This document shows positions 19,316-28,915 of a stretch of DNA of 64,000 nt, piece by piece. Every line of letters starts with the position of its first letter. Within the stretch, counting starts at the first letter, position 1. This stretch comes from Roseibacillus sp. GTDB lineage: Bacteria > Verrucomicrobiota > Verrucomicrobiia > Verrucomicrobiales > Akkermansiaceae. The stretch is taken from the NCBI GenBank assembly GCA_965242925.1, contig CBDEUM010000042.1:1-64000 (forward strand), given 5' to 3'. The notes beneath the pieces were generated by a model. It saw only the letters and a program-made list of their open reading frames with translations. It had not been told where the DNA came from and did no database searches. The position numbers were made by a program, and so were the translations under genes.

Positions 19316-21940
19316 ATGAGATTACCCGTCTCCCTAGCCCTCCTCCTTGGTAGCGTTGGAGCAGCACTCCCCGCTCCCTTCGATTACCACAGTGTGCGCG
19401 GCCGCGAGGCCAGGGGTCCGGTCAATGGCCTGCTGGAAGGAGAGGATCTCCCCAAGCACGGCAAGTCGCGCACACAGGACATGACAGGTTTCGGCGCGGG
19501 CTGGAGCGGTGACACCCACCTCCTCTGGGATGGCGAAATCGGGCAGGAGATGACCACCGAATTCCGCATCGAAGAAGCGGGAATCTACCAGATCTCGGCC
19601 CAGCTGACGCTCGCGCCGAACTATGGCGTGTTCTCGCTGAGTCTCGACGGAAAAGTGCTGCGCCGTGACATTGATCTCTATGACCCGAAGGTCTCCCTCG
19701 CTCCGATGGTGGATCTCGGGAAGCTGCCTCTCACCCGGGGTGAACACAAACTGGCCTTCAAGCTCACCGGGGCGAACCCCCGGGCATCCAAGTTCGGCAA
19801 ATCGGGCTACCTCTTCGGCCTCGATTGCCTGAAGGTGGTCAACCTTGCTCCTCCGAAACCACCGGTCGCCAGGACGCCGGAAACCGAAGAAGCCCCTTCT
19901 GCAAGACTCGCTGTCACCCTGGACGAAATGAAGCCGGTGCTGGCCACCTACTGCTACGGGTGCCATGGCGGAAAAGACAAGGTGAAGGGCAAGGTCAATC
20001 TGAAGGAGCTCACCTCCGGGCAGGATTTTCTCTCCAACATCGAGCTCGTTCGCAAGGCTGCTGAAGCCATCGCCTATCAGGAGATGCCTCCCGAGGACGA
20101 GAACCAGCCCGAGGCGGAGGAACGCCGTAAACTGGCCGCGCTTTTCAACGGATACCTTGAGAAACACCTCAAGGATTCAGGCCGCCTCAAGCCCATCGTG
20201 ATGCGGCGCCTCAACCGTTATGAATACAATAACTCCGTAAAGGATCTCCTGCAGCTCAAGGGCGACCTCTATCCGCTACCCGAGAAGGTGATCCGTGGCC
20301 GGGGATATTTTAATCCGGCCTCAGGCCGTTTCCCCGACACCGTGCAGGTCTCCAACCGCGCCCTCGGCAAGAACCAGATCGAACGGCATATTCTCACCGG
20401 GGTGAGTCCCTTCGCCATCGACCTGCAGGCTGAGCACGGCTTCAACAACCAGGGCGATCAGCTCAGTGTCTCGCCCATCCTGCTGGAGAGCTTTCTCAAA
20501 CTCGGGCGCTCCATCGTGAATGCCCGTGAATTCGATGGCTACTCGGCAATCACCGACACCTTCTATCGTGCCCCCGGGGAGAAGGACCGGAAGCTCTGGC
20601 CCCTCATCACCGAACAACGCCTGCGCCCCTTCCTGGAGCGCGCATTCCGTGCCAGCATCAGTGACGAACTCCTGGCGCGCTATGTGAAGTTCGCCATGCA
20701 CGAAATCGATCGTCACGGCAGCTACCCACAGGCCATGAAAAGCGTGACCGCTGCGGTCCTGGCCTCCCCGCGGTTCCTCTACCTCACCGAGCGCAAGCGG
20801 GACGCAGGCGCAGAGGAGGCCCTGACCCCCTATGAGCTGGCCGCCCGCCTCTCCTTCTTCCTCTGGAGCACACTTCCCGACGAAGAGCTTCTCGCCAGCG
20901 CGCGTAGCGGCGATCTCGTGCAACCTGAGGCCTACGCCGCCCAGGTGACCAGGATGCTCGAGAGCCCGAAGAGCAAGGCCCTTGCCGAGAACTTTGCACG
21001 ACAATGGCTCCGTCTCGATCAGCTCATCACCGCCGTTCCGGACTTTGACCGGTTCCAGGTCTACTATTCCCGCATTGGATGCGAGCAATGGAAGTTCGGC
21101 CTGCAGACCATGGCGGAGCCCCTCCTCCTCTTTGAAAGCATCATGGTGGAGGATCGCTCCATCATGCTGCTGGTGGACTCGAACTACTCCTACCGCTCCG
21201 ACGAAATGCAGTCCTGGTACAAGGACAAGGTTCCCTTCCGGAACAAGGCCAACCGCAACCGCTTCAATACCGGGTCCCAGCGATTCAATCGTCGGAGTCT
21301 CGACACCCGCCGGGAAGGAGGCGTGATCACCTCCGCGGCAGCTCTCACCATGACCTCCGAGCCCCTGCGCACCAGCCCCATCCGGAGGGGCGCGTGGGTC
21401 GCTACCGTTATCCTGAACAAGCCTCCCCCTCCCCCACCCGATGTGATTCCCGAGATCGAACAGGACGATGCGGTCATTGAGGCCCGGGGACAGACCCTGC
21501 GACAACGCCTCGTGGCCCATCAGGAAAATGAGAGTTGCGTCTCCTGCCACCAGAAGATCGATCCCCTCGGCTTTGCCCTGGAGAACTACGATGCCATCGG
21601 ACGCTGGCGCGACACCTACCGCTCCGGTCTTCCCATCGACGCCAGTGGAACGCTCTTCGGCAAGGGCAGGTTCCAGGACGTGATCGGACTGAAGGACGTC
21701 CTGCTTGCCAATCCCGAGTGGTTCGTCCGGGCCTTCAGCGAACACCTCCTGGCCTATGCCCTGGGTCGCGAACTCGATCTCAGTGACAAACCTGCAATAG
21801 ACAGGATCGCGCAAGAGGTCATGGCCAGAAAGGGTCAGTTTTCCACCGTTGTCTCCGAGATCGCCACGAGCTATCCTTTCCTGCACAAAACGAATCAGCT
21901 GGCGCCCCACCCCGCAAGCCCCTCCGAGAACAAGCCATGA
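19316..21940 (+). CDS. Cytochrome c-containing DUF1587/DUF1595/DUF1592/DUF1588/DUF1585 protein with extra N-terminal beta-sandwich domain
   Basis: CYGCH, MRRLNRYEYNN, LASPRFLY, ELAARLSFFLWS..PD, TSPIRRGAWV, CVSCHQKIDPLGFALENYD, YALGR. Confidence 0.9.
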   Translation: MRLPVSLALLLGSVGAALPAPFDYHSVRGREARGPVNGLLEGEDLPKHGKSRTQDMTGFGAGWSGDTHLLWDGEIGQEMTTEFRIEEAGIYQISAQLTLAPNYGVFSLSLDGKVLRRDIDLYDPKVSLAPMVDLGKLPLTRGEHKLAFKLTGANPRASKFGKSGYLFGLDCLKVVNLAPPKPPVARTPETEEAPSARLAVTLDEMKPVLATYCYGCHGGKDKVKGKVNLKELTSGQDFLSNIELVRKAAEAIAYQEMPPEDENQPEAEERRKLAALFNGYLEKHLKDSGRLKPIVMRRLNRYEYNNSVKDLLQLKGDLYPLPEKVIRGRGYFNPASGRFPDTVQVSNRALGKNQIERHILTGVSPFAIDLQAEHGFNNQGDQLSVSPILLESFLKLGRSIVNAREFDGYSAITDTFYRAPGEKDRKLWPLITEQRLRPFLERAFRASISDELLARYVKFAMHEIDRHGSYPQAMKSVTAAVLASPRFLYLTERKRDAGAEEALTPYELAARLSFFLWSTLPDEELLASARSGDLVQPEAYAAQVTRMLESPKSKALAENFARQWLRLDQLITAVPDFDRFQVYYSRIGCEQWKFGLQTMAEPLLLFESIMVEDRSIMLLVDSNYSYRSDEMQSWYKDKVPFRNKANRNRFNTGSQRFNRRSLDTRREGGVITSAAALTMTSEPLRTSPIRRGAWVATVILNKPPPPPPDVIPEIEQDDAVIEARGQTLRQRLVAHQENESCVSCHQKIDPLGFALENYDAIGRWRDTYRSGLPIDASGTLFGKGRFQDVIGLKDVLLANPEWFVRAFSEHLLAYALGRELDLSDKPAIDRIAQEVMARKGQFSTVVSEIATSYPFLHKTNQLAPHPASPSENKP

Positions 21941-23238
21941 TCCTGAAGCGACCCACTCTTTCCCGCCGTGCCGTCCTGCGCGGTGCCGGGGCAACCCTCG
22001 CCCTGCCGCTGCTCGAGATCATGCAGAACCGGAGCTACGCAGCCGGAGCCTCCCAGGCCCGACCGCCCGTCCGGGCCGGATTCTTCTACATCCCCAACGG
22101 CGTGGTCCAGAGGGCCTGGCATCCGGTGGACGAGGGGAAAAACTTCACCCTTTCCCCCAGCCTCCAGCCCCTCACCCCGGTCCGTGAACATATTTCCCTC
22201 TACACCAAGCTCGACCGCGTCAAGGTGGCGGGAACCGACGGACACGCCCAGGCCGGGGCCTGCTGGCTCAGCAGTGCCGCGCCCGACGAACTCTCGCCTG
22301 CTGGCTATCCGCTCAAGAAGACCGTTGACCAAGTCATGGCTGAGGAGGCCGGAAAGCACACCGCCTTCCGCTCCCTTGAGCTCAGTTGCAATCCCTACGA
22401 GGACAATCGCGAATCGGTCTATTTTGACAATATCTCCTGGTATGGGCATGGACACGTGGCGCGCTCCCTGCGCGATCCCCAGGCCGTCTTCAACCGGCTC
22501 TTTGCCGTAAAGGAGCACCAGGAGCATGGAAGCGTGCTCGACCTCGTGCTGGACGATGCCAAGTCATTGGACCGTGACCTCGGAGTGGTTGACCGCGGGA
22601 AACTCGACGAGTACATGGAATCAATCCGCACCGTTGAAAAGCAGATCGAACGGGTGACCAAGCGGCAGGCCGAGATCGACAAGCTCAAGATCGCTCCTCC
22701 CACCAAGCCATGGCAGGCCATGACCCGGGAGGAGTTCATCCAGGTCATGGGCGACCTCATGATCCTGGCCTTCCGCACCGACCTGACCCGCGTGTGCAGC
22801 ATCATGAGCAGCCCGGAACGCTGGGGCTCCCCTCTCACCGTGCACGGCCTCTTCGACAAGCCCGTCGACCACCACGGCATGACCCACGGACAGGGCAATG
22901 CGCACGTCCGCACCAAACTCGAGGCCCTCGATCAGTTCCACATCCAGCAGTTCGCCACCCTCGTGGCCAAGATGGCCACGGTCAAGGAGGGCGAAGGCAC
23001 CCTCCTCGACAATTCCATGTTCCTGCTCGGTTCAGGAATCAGCGACGGCTCCCTCCACGTCTACACCGACCTGCCCACCGTCATCGCCGGCCGCGGGGGC
23101 GGGGCCATTGCGGCCAACCACCATCTCAAGTCAGCGTCGGGCACTCCCATTGCCAACCTGTGGCTCTCCATGATCCAGGTCATGGGCGTGAAAGCCAGCA
23201 AGCTCGGGGACAGCACCGGCGCGCTCAAGCTAGCGTGA
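21937..23238 (+). CDS. DUF1552 family protein
   Basis: LSRRAVLRGAGATLALPLLE Tat leader, FFYIPNG, SVLD, LAFRTDLTRV, ANLWLSM...GDSTG; coupled to the DUF1592 gene. Confidence 0.9.
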   Translation: MILKRPTLSRRAVLRGAGATLALPLLEIMQNRSYAAGASQARPPVRAGFFYIPNGVVQRAWHPVDEGKNFTLSPSLQPLTPVREHISLYTKLDRVKVAGTDGHAQAGACWLSSAAPDELSPAGYPLKKTVDQVMAEEAGKHTAFRSLELSCNPYEDNRESVYFDNISWYGHGHVARSLRDPQAVFNRLFAVKEHQEHGSVLDLVLDDAKSLDRDLGVVDRGKLDEYMESIRTVEKQIERVTKRQAEIDKLKIAPPTKPWQAMTREEFIQVMGDLMILAFRTDLTRVCSIMSSPERWGSPLTVHGLFDKPVDHHGMTHGQGNAHVRTKLEALDQFHIQQFATLVAKMATVKEGEGTLLDNSMFLLGSGISDGSLHVYTDLPTVIAGRGGGAIAANHHLKSASGTPIANLWLSMIQVMGVKASKLGDSTGALKLA

Positions 23239-23299
23239 GGAACACGCTCCAGCCACACGGCCCGGGGCTCTTCTTGCTCCACGATTCCAGACCCACCTG

Positions 23300-24676
23300 A
23301 TGCCCTTCAAGATCAAGTTCGGCGACTACGGGATGGTCCTAGTCCTCCTGACCCTGGTCCTCCTCTTCAGCGCTCTGACCGTCAAGGAAGTCGCCCCCTC
23401 CGACAACCGCAGCGCAAGGAACGTGGCCGAGCGGATCGCAAGGGAAATTCCGGCCGACCAGGCCGTGGTGATCTACGGAAAGGACAAGACCGACTTCGAG
23501 ACCTTCGCCAGAACCCTGGCCCGCCGCCTGGAAACAGAGGGCCGCACTGACGTTCGCCTTGCCATCGGAGCACCCCGGAACCTGCGGGTGAAACTCAACG
23601 AACTGCGCGACGAGGGCCGTCAACTCGGAGCCATCGCCACCGCGGGCCCTGCCGGGATGGAAGTGATCAAGGCTGTGCCTGAGAAATACCCAATGTTCCA
23701 GCAGTTCGCGGTCCTGACTCCTGATTCGCGAAAAAAGTCGACCTTCTTTACCCTCGATAACTTCAAGAACGTCACTCAACGAGTGGTTGTCATCGCGATT
23801 GTGGCAATTGGGATGACCATGGTGATCATCACGGCCGGGATTGATCTCTCGGTCGGCAGCCTGGTGGGCTTCTCCGCCATGGTGGGGGCATGGTTCATCA
23901 AGGAGCGGGTCATCGCGGCCGGGGGCGATCCTGCGACCGCGGGCAACTTCGCGGTCTACTCCGGCTTTGCGGTCGCAATTCTCTGCGCGGGGTTGATCGG
24001 CCTTTTCTCGGGGGCCCTGGTGGCCTACTGCAAGGTCGCCCCCTTCATCGTGACGCTGGGAGTGATGATGATTGCCCGGGGCATGGCCGAGCAGGCCAAT
24101 GGGGGGTTTACGGTCTCCGACACCCAGCTTCCCGCCGGCTTCCGGGAACTCAACCACGGCACCCTGATCGGGATCCCCAATACGGTGGCTCTTCTTGTTC
24201 TCTTCTACCTCGCGGCCCATATCTTCATGTCGAAGACCAAGTACGGTCGCTACATCTACGCGGTCGGCGGCAACATGGAAGCGGCCCGCCTGAGCGGAGT
24301 GCCCGTGGCTGGCATCATCCTCCTCGTCTACACCGTCTGTGGTCTCCTGGCCGGTCTCGGCGGCTGCCTGGAGGCCTCCCGTGTCAATGCGGCCACCACC
24401 GTAATGGGAACTGGTCTCGAACTGGAAGTCATCGCAGCCGTGGTAGTGGGCGGCACGAGTCTCTTCGGCGGCAGTGGCCGGGTCTTTGGCACCCTCATTG
24501 GAGCCTTTATCATCGGGGTGATGCGCAGTGGGATGAACCAACTCAACTTCAAGGACCCCGTTCAGGACATGGTCCTCGGGGCCATCATCATTATTGCGGT
24601 GCTCCTGGATCGCGCCCGCCAGGTGGGCCTCTGGGAGCGGCTCCTCAAGCGCGGGAGCCCAAAAGCGGCCCCCTGA
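23300..24676 (+). CDS. Sugar ABC transporter permease (RbsC-like) with N-terminal extracytoplasmic insertion
   Basis: GMTMVIITAGIDLSVGS, PFIVTLG, GRYIYAVGGNMEAARLSG, ELEVIAAVVVGGTSLFGG. Confidence 0.92.
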   Translation: MPFKIKFGDYGMVLVLLTLVLLFSALTVKEVAPSDNRSARNVAERIAREIPADQAVVIYGKDKTDFETFARTLARRLETEGRTDVRLAIGAPRNLRVKLNELRDEGRQLGAIATAGPAGMEVIKAVPEKYPMFQQFAVLTPDSRKKSTFFTLDNFKNVTQRVVVIAIVAIGMTMVIITAGIDLSVGSLVGFSAMVGAWFIKERVIAAGGDPATAGNFAVYSGFAVAILCAGLIGLFSGALVAYCKVAPFIVTLGVMMIARGMAEQANGGFTVSDTQLPAGFRELNHGTLIGIPNTVALLVLFYLAAHIFMSKTKYGRYIYAVGGNMEAARLSGVPVAGIILLVYTVCGLLAGLGGCLEASRVNAATTVMGTGLELEVIAAVVVGGTSLFGGSGRVFGTLIGAFIIGVMRSGMNQLNFKDPVQDMVLGAIIIIAVLLDRARQVGLWERLLKRGSPKAAP

Positions 24677-24865
24677 TGCGCCGGAATGGCCCGGGAATGG
24701 CAGTATTCTCTGCCAGAAAGGGAGGATTCGGCTGGAGTACGATTAGATCTTTATCAATCCCGAACTATCACGATTTCCCGTTATTTCCCCGGCAGCGGAG
24801 TTCGATTTGGGATTCACAGACGTCTCTCCCGGATTCAATCTCCCCAAGGTCGCATTCTCAAAATC

Positions 24866-25918
24866 ATGAAAAGGAATCACTTTCTCTCCCTCATCCTCTC
24901 CGCCCTCACCCTGAGTCTGACATCCTGTGGCGATAAGGCTGCCAACACGGACAACGATGAGGGCGGCGACGCGTTCACAGGCAGTGTGTTCGAAGGTGCC
25001 GGCGAGTTCATCCCATGCGAACACTACTTCTTTGCAGACGCGGAAAAAGATCCCAATCGGGAATCGTTCACGGGCGCGAGTAGTGGCGACGATGCGGAAA
25101 GCCGCGGAGCGGCATCAGGAGAGAGCAAGGGCACGATCGGGATGACCTGTATGAACCTGAACAATCCTTTTTTCCAACTCATCGCCCAGGAGATGGAAAA
25201 GGCCGCCAAGGCCGCGGGTTATACCCTCAAGGCCATGGACGGCAAGGGAGACGCGGCCCTGCAGAACACCCAGATTGATGAGTTCATTACCCAGAAGTGC
25301 GACGCGATCTTCCTGAACCCCGCCGACTCCAGGGCCACGGGCTCGGGGGTGCGGGCCGCCCATGCTGAGGGCATCCCGGTCTTCACCTTTGACATCCAGA
25401 TGGAAGACCCTGAGGTCCAGAAACTGGTGACCTATCACGTGGGCAGCGACAACTACCAGGGCGGACGCCTCGCCGGAGAGTCCATGATGAAAGCTACCGG
25501 GGGCTCCGGCAAGATCGGCATCATCAACCTGCCCGAGGCCAACTCCTGTAAGAAGCGTGTCGATGGGTTCAAGGACTACCTCAAGGAGAACGACAGCACG
25601 CTTGAGATCGTGATTGAGTTAAACGGAAAAGGCGACCGGGTGAAGGGCGCGGAAGTGGCAGCCGATATGCTCACCGCCCACGGCGACCTCGTCGGCATCT
25701 TCGGCATCAACGACCCCTGCGCCCTCGGAGCCTGGGCCTCGGTCAAGGAGGCGGGCAAACTTGAGCAGATCACCATCATCGGATTCGATGGTTCGCCGGA
25801 TGGGAAAATCGGGGTTTTTGAGAAAAAGCTCTACGACACTCCCATGCAGTTCCCCGGCCAGATGGCGACCAAGACGGTGGAAGCTTTCCTCAAGTACGCC
25901 GCCGGGGACGACTTGTAA
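24866..25918 (+). CDS. Sugar ABC transporter substrate-binding lipoprotein (RbsB-like)
   Basis: Lipobox LTSC, LNNPFF, GIPVFTFD, VGSDNYQGGRLAG, IFGINDPCALGA, IIGFDG. Confidence 0.9.
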   Translation: MKRNHFLSLILSALTLSLTSCGDKAANTDNDEGGDAFTGSVFEGAGEFIPCEHYFFADAEKDPNRESFTGASSGDDAESRGAASGESKGTIGMTCMNLNNPFFQLIAQEMEKAAKAAGYTLKAMDGKGDAALQNTQIDEFITQKCDAIFLNPADSRATGSGVRAAHAEGIPVFTFDIQMEDPEVQKLVTYHVGSDNYQGGRLAGESMMKATGGSGKIGIINLPEANSCKKRVDGFKDYLKENDSTLEIVIELNGKGDRVKGAEVAADMLTAHGDLVGIFGINDPCALGAWASVKEAGKLEQITIIGFDGSPDGKIGVFEKKLYDTPMQFPGQMATKTVEAFLKYAAGDDL

Positions 25919-25993
25919 TCCCTTCCACTGTAAAAGAGCCCCCGGAGGACCACGCTCGACAGGAATGCTCTCCTGTGATGCGGTGCCTGCATT

Positions 25994-26785
25994 GTGCGCG
26001 TCCAGCAGTTTCTGTCCGTTGCCCTGTTCCTGCTCCTCCCCGGCCCTGCCGGAGGGGAAATCGCATCAGGAATCCTTGCCGCGGGCACGCAATGGGAAAC
26101 CCCCTACCATGTGATCGAGGGCTCCCAGCCCGGGCCCACTGTCTTCCTGACCGGCGGACTCCACGGGAATGAACCGGCCGGGGCGCGGGCCGCGGAACAA
26201 ATCCGCCACTGGCCGATTCTCCGTGGTCGCCTCGTGGTCCTGCCGCGGGCGAACCAGCCGGGACTCAGGGCGGGAACGCGCCACCTGCCGGAACTCGCCA
26301 AGTCGGAGGCCGATCTCAATCGCAATTTCCCCCGAACCGGGGCCGATGGCGAGGCCCTGACCGACATCGGGCGGGCCATCTGGAACCTCGTCCGAAAGCA
26401 CGAGCCGGACTGGGTGATCGATCTGCACGAAGGCTATCACTTCCACCAGATCAACTCGAAATCGGTCGGTTCGACCATTCTCGCCTCACGGACCGGGACC
26501 CAGGTGACCAAGCCCGCGGTGCCCAGGATGCTGGCGGTCGTGAATGCTACCATCGAGGACGGCAGGAAGCACTTTGTTCCGCTGCAGGGAACCGCCAACG
26601 GCAGCCTCGCCCGCGCTGCCGCGGAACGTCTCGGGGCCGGCGCCCTGATCCTCGAAACCACCACCCGCGAACAACCCCTTTCGCTCCGCACCCGTCAGCA
26701 TCGGCTGATGGTGCGGGCTCTCTTCCGGCATCTCGGGATGGTGGGGCCGAAGGCTCCCACCATGACCCGCCCCCGGGGGAGATGA
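25994..26785 (+). CDS. Succinylglutamate desuccinylase/aspartoacylase (M14-like) domain, probably the N-terminal half of a frameshifted fusion
   Basis: Signal peptide, GGLHGNEPAG, DLNRNFP, IDLHEG, ILET. Confidence 0.85.
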   Translation: MRVQQFLSVALFLLLPGPAGGEIASGILAAGTQWETPYHVIEGSQPGPTVFLTGGLHGNEPAGARAAEQIRHWPILRGRLVVLPRANQPGLRAGTRHLPELAKSEADLNRNFPRTGADGEALTDIGRAIWNLVRKHEPDWVIDLHEGYHFHQINSKSVGSTILASRTGTQVTKPAVPRMLAVVNATIEDGRKHFVPLQGTANGSLARAAAERLGAGALILETTTREQPLSLRTRQHRLMVRALFRHLGMVGPKAPTMTRPRGR

Positions 26786-27497
26786 CCGCACTCTCCGGGT
26801 GGCCCTCTACGACAGCGGCGGGGTCGGGGGAAGCGGACCCCGCAATGTGCAGGAGGTTATGAAAACAATCCCGCGAAGTCTCACCTGGCGGGTGGGCCCC
26901 TCCGATATCCGGGAAGGAGTCCTCGCCCACTTCGAGGTGGTGATCTTTCCGGGGGGAAGCGGAAGCAAGCAGGCTGCCGCTCTCGGGATCGATGGCCGCA
27001 AGCAGGTCCGGGCGTTTGTCGAGCGGGGCGGGGGTTTCGTTGGCATCTGTGCGGGGGCCTACCTCGCGGCAGCCAACTACAAGTGGTCCCTCAAGATAGG
27101 CGATTACAAAACCTTCTGCGAAGCACGGGAAATCCCGGGGATTGGTCGCAAGAGCATGTGGTACCGGGGACCCTCCTCAACGGTCGAGATGGAACTGACC
27201 AACGAGGGTCGACGGATCCTCGGGGAACGTGTCGGGCCCTTTCCGGTCCGCTATCACAATGGACCCATCGTCTCCCCTGCCAACCTGTCCAATCTTCCAG
27301 ACTACCAGGTTCTCGCCTGGTTCCGCAGCGAAGTAGCCCACTACGACCCCCAAAAGGGAACAATGGTCAATACCCCGGCCATCATCACCGGGACCTTCGG
27401 CAAGGGCAGGGTCCTCAGTATCAGCCCGCACCCTGAATCCTCCAAGGATCTGCGCTCCATGGTGGCCCGCGGAATCAGATGGGTCTCCGGCAACTGA
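26766..27497 (+). CDS. BPL-N / class I glutamine amidotransferase-like domain, probably the C-terminal half of the same gene
   Basis: TLRVALYDSGG, IFPGGSG, GGGFVGICAGAYLA, YHNGP, SPHPE. Frame open from 26766 with no good start of its own. Confidence 0.8.
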   Translation, partial: PAPGGDDRTLRVALYDSGGVGGSGPRNVQEVMKTIPRSLTWRVGPSDIREGVLAHFEVVIFPGGSGSKQAAALGIDGRKQVRAFVERGGGFVGICAGAYLAAANYKWSLKIGDYKTFCEAREIPGIGRKSMWYRGPSSTVEMELTNEGRRILGERVGPFPVRYHNGPIVSPANLSNLPDYQVLAWFRSEVAHYDPQKGTMVNTPAIITGTFGKGRVLSISPHPESSKDLRSMVARGIRWVSGN

Positions 27498-27517
27498 TGC
27501 CGCGCCCTACTCCGGGA

Positions 27518-28913
27518 CTATTTCAGGGGGCCAAGCGACCTCAAATCCTCCACCCCGATCTGCGCCTCCCCCAGTCCCGCCACCTGCAGGACGAGCTTTT
27601 CACCCTGCAGGATCGCCCGCTGGGCCAGCAAGATCGATCCCGCCTGCGTTTCAACCCGGTAGCTTGCTGGCTCCGGTGCCACCTTGCGCAACACCAGACA
27701 ATCGGCCTCATCAAGGATGGAGTGGTCACGCACACCCAGGAGAACCGATCCGAGACGGAGCCTGCCGTCGCTCAGCGAGTCAAAGGCGCCCTCCAAGAAA
27801 TCCCCCGAGCGCAACAGGAGCCCGGCCCGATCACCCTGCACGAGCGCAGCCACTTCGGCGGGAAGGGGTTGAAAGAACTCCAACCGAGCCACCTGCGGGG
27901 CGGTAACGGTCCGTCCCTCCCAGCGTCCACCCAAGTGGAAGGCGGTGCGGTTCGCCTTGAGGACATCCGTCGCCAGACGCGAACCCGCCCGCAGTACCAC
28001 ATGCGGCAACATGGGCTTCCGCCTCCTCGCTGCCCTCACCATTGATGCTCACCCTGTCAATCACCGCCTCGCTCAGGCCATTGAACTTCCCAACCTGCAC
28101 TGCCAGGCCCACATACACCTTCTCATCGCGCATTCTGCCCGCCGAAACCTTCAGCATTCTCCAACGGCGGCCATCCGGCGAGTGATAGGCGGTCACGTCG
28201 TAGCCTTCACGAACCAGCTTGACCCAGTAGGGCAGTTTCAGGGTGGGGAGTTCCCTGCCCGTCGAACTGCCCCCCTGGTAGCCCCACCGCCGGAAATTCA
28301 CCCCCTTTTCTCCGTAGGGATGGACCCCTAGAACCGCCTTGCGATGTTCCGGCGTGGTCCCGTCACAGATCACGATCCCGGCATAGGAGTCCTCCCCTTC
28401 ATTGGCCAGGCTCACCACCCGGGCCTGAATCTCGCAATCACCCTTCACCGGTGCATAGACCAGGTGGAAGGCCGCAAAGCGTTCATCTGCCGCCCGCGGC
28501 GAGGCTGATACAATGAACCGCCCGTCGAGCCAGCGCGCCTTCCCCGGCACCAGCGTCCTTCCGAGGTCCCGGTTCCGCCAGGGGGCGGGAAGGGCCCCGC
28601 TCAGCAGTGTCTCCGGTGGCTCCTGACCCTCGTTCATTCTCCGCTCCACCTCGAGGCTGACAATCTCTCCCAGTGGAGTTGCCACGGGTGTGGCTCCTCC
28701 GGGAGTGATCGTGATCGCATTGTCACCAATGGCGATAACGCCCTCCCATTTCGCGCCCTCCCTCGTTTCAAGAACTCCCACCAGGGAGCTGGAACCCGGA
28801 TTCCCCCCCCCGGGATCGCCGGACTCCGTTGCGGCGGGCTCCGATTCATTCTGGGCGAACCCCTGCCCGAGGACCAGCACGAGACCGGTCAGGATTGCCT
28901 TTGCGGTCCTCAT
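27518..28913 (-). pseudogene. Secreted hypothetical protein with a beta-sandwich (DUF1349-like) domain, split by a frameshift near 28020
   Basis: ORF 27831-28913 (signal peptide, GDCEIQARV, WVKLVREG..VTAYHSPDG..W, VYVGLAV) continues protein-like in the 27518-28042 frame (KPMLPHVVLRAGSRL...LLLRSGDFLEG). Confidence 0.6.
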
Positions 28914-28915
28914 CG

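Noticed and set aside
20321..21994. Long antisense ORFs (also 2318-3928, 28829-30028, 42627-43919, 56485-57618, 59049-60542)
   Set aside because: Shadow ORFs expected in GC-rich DNA opposite genes with clear family motifs.
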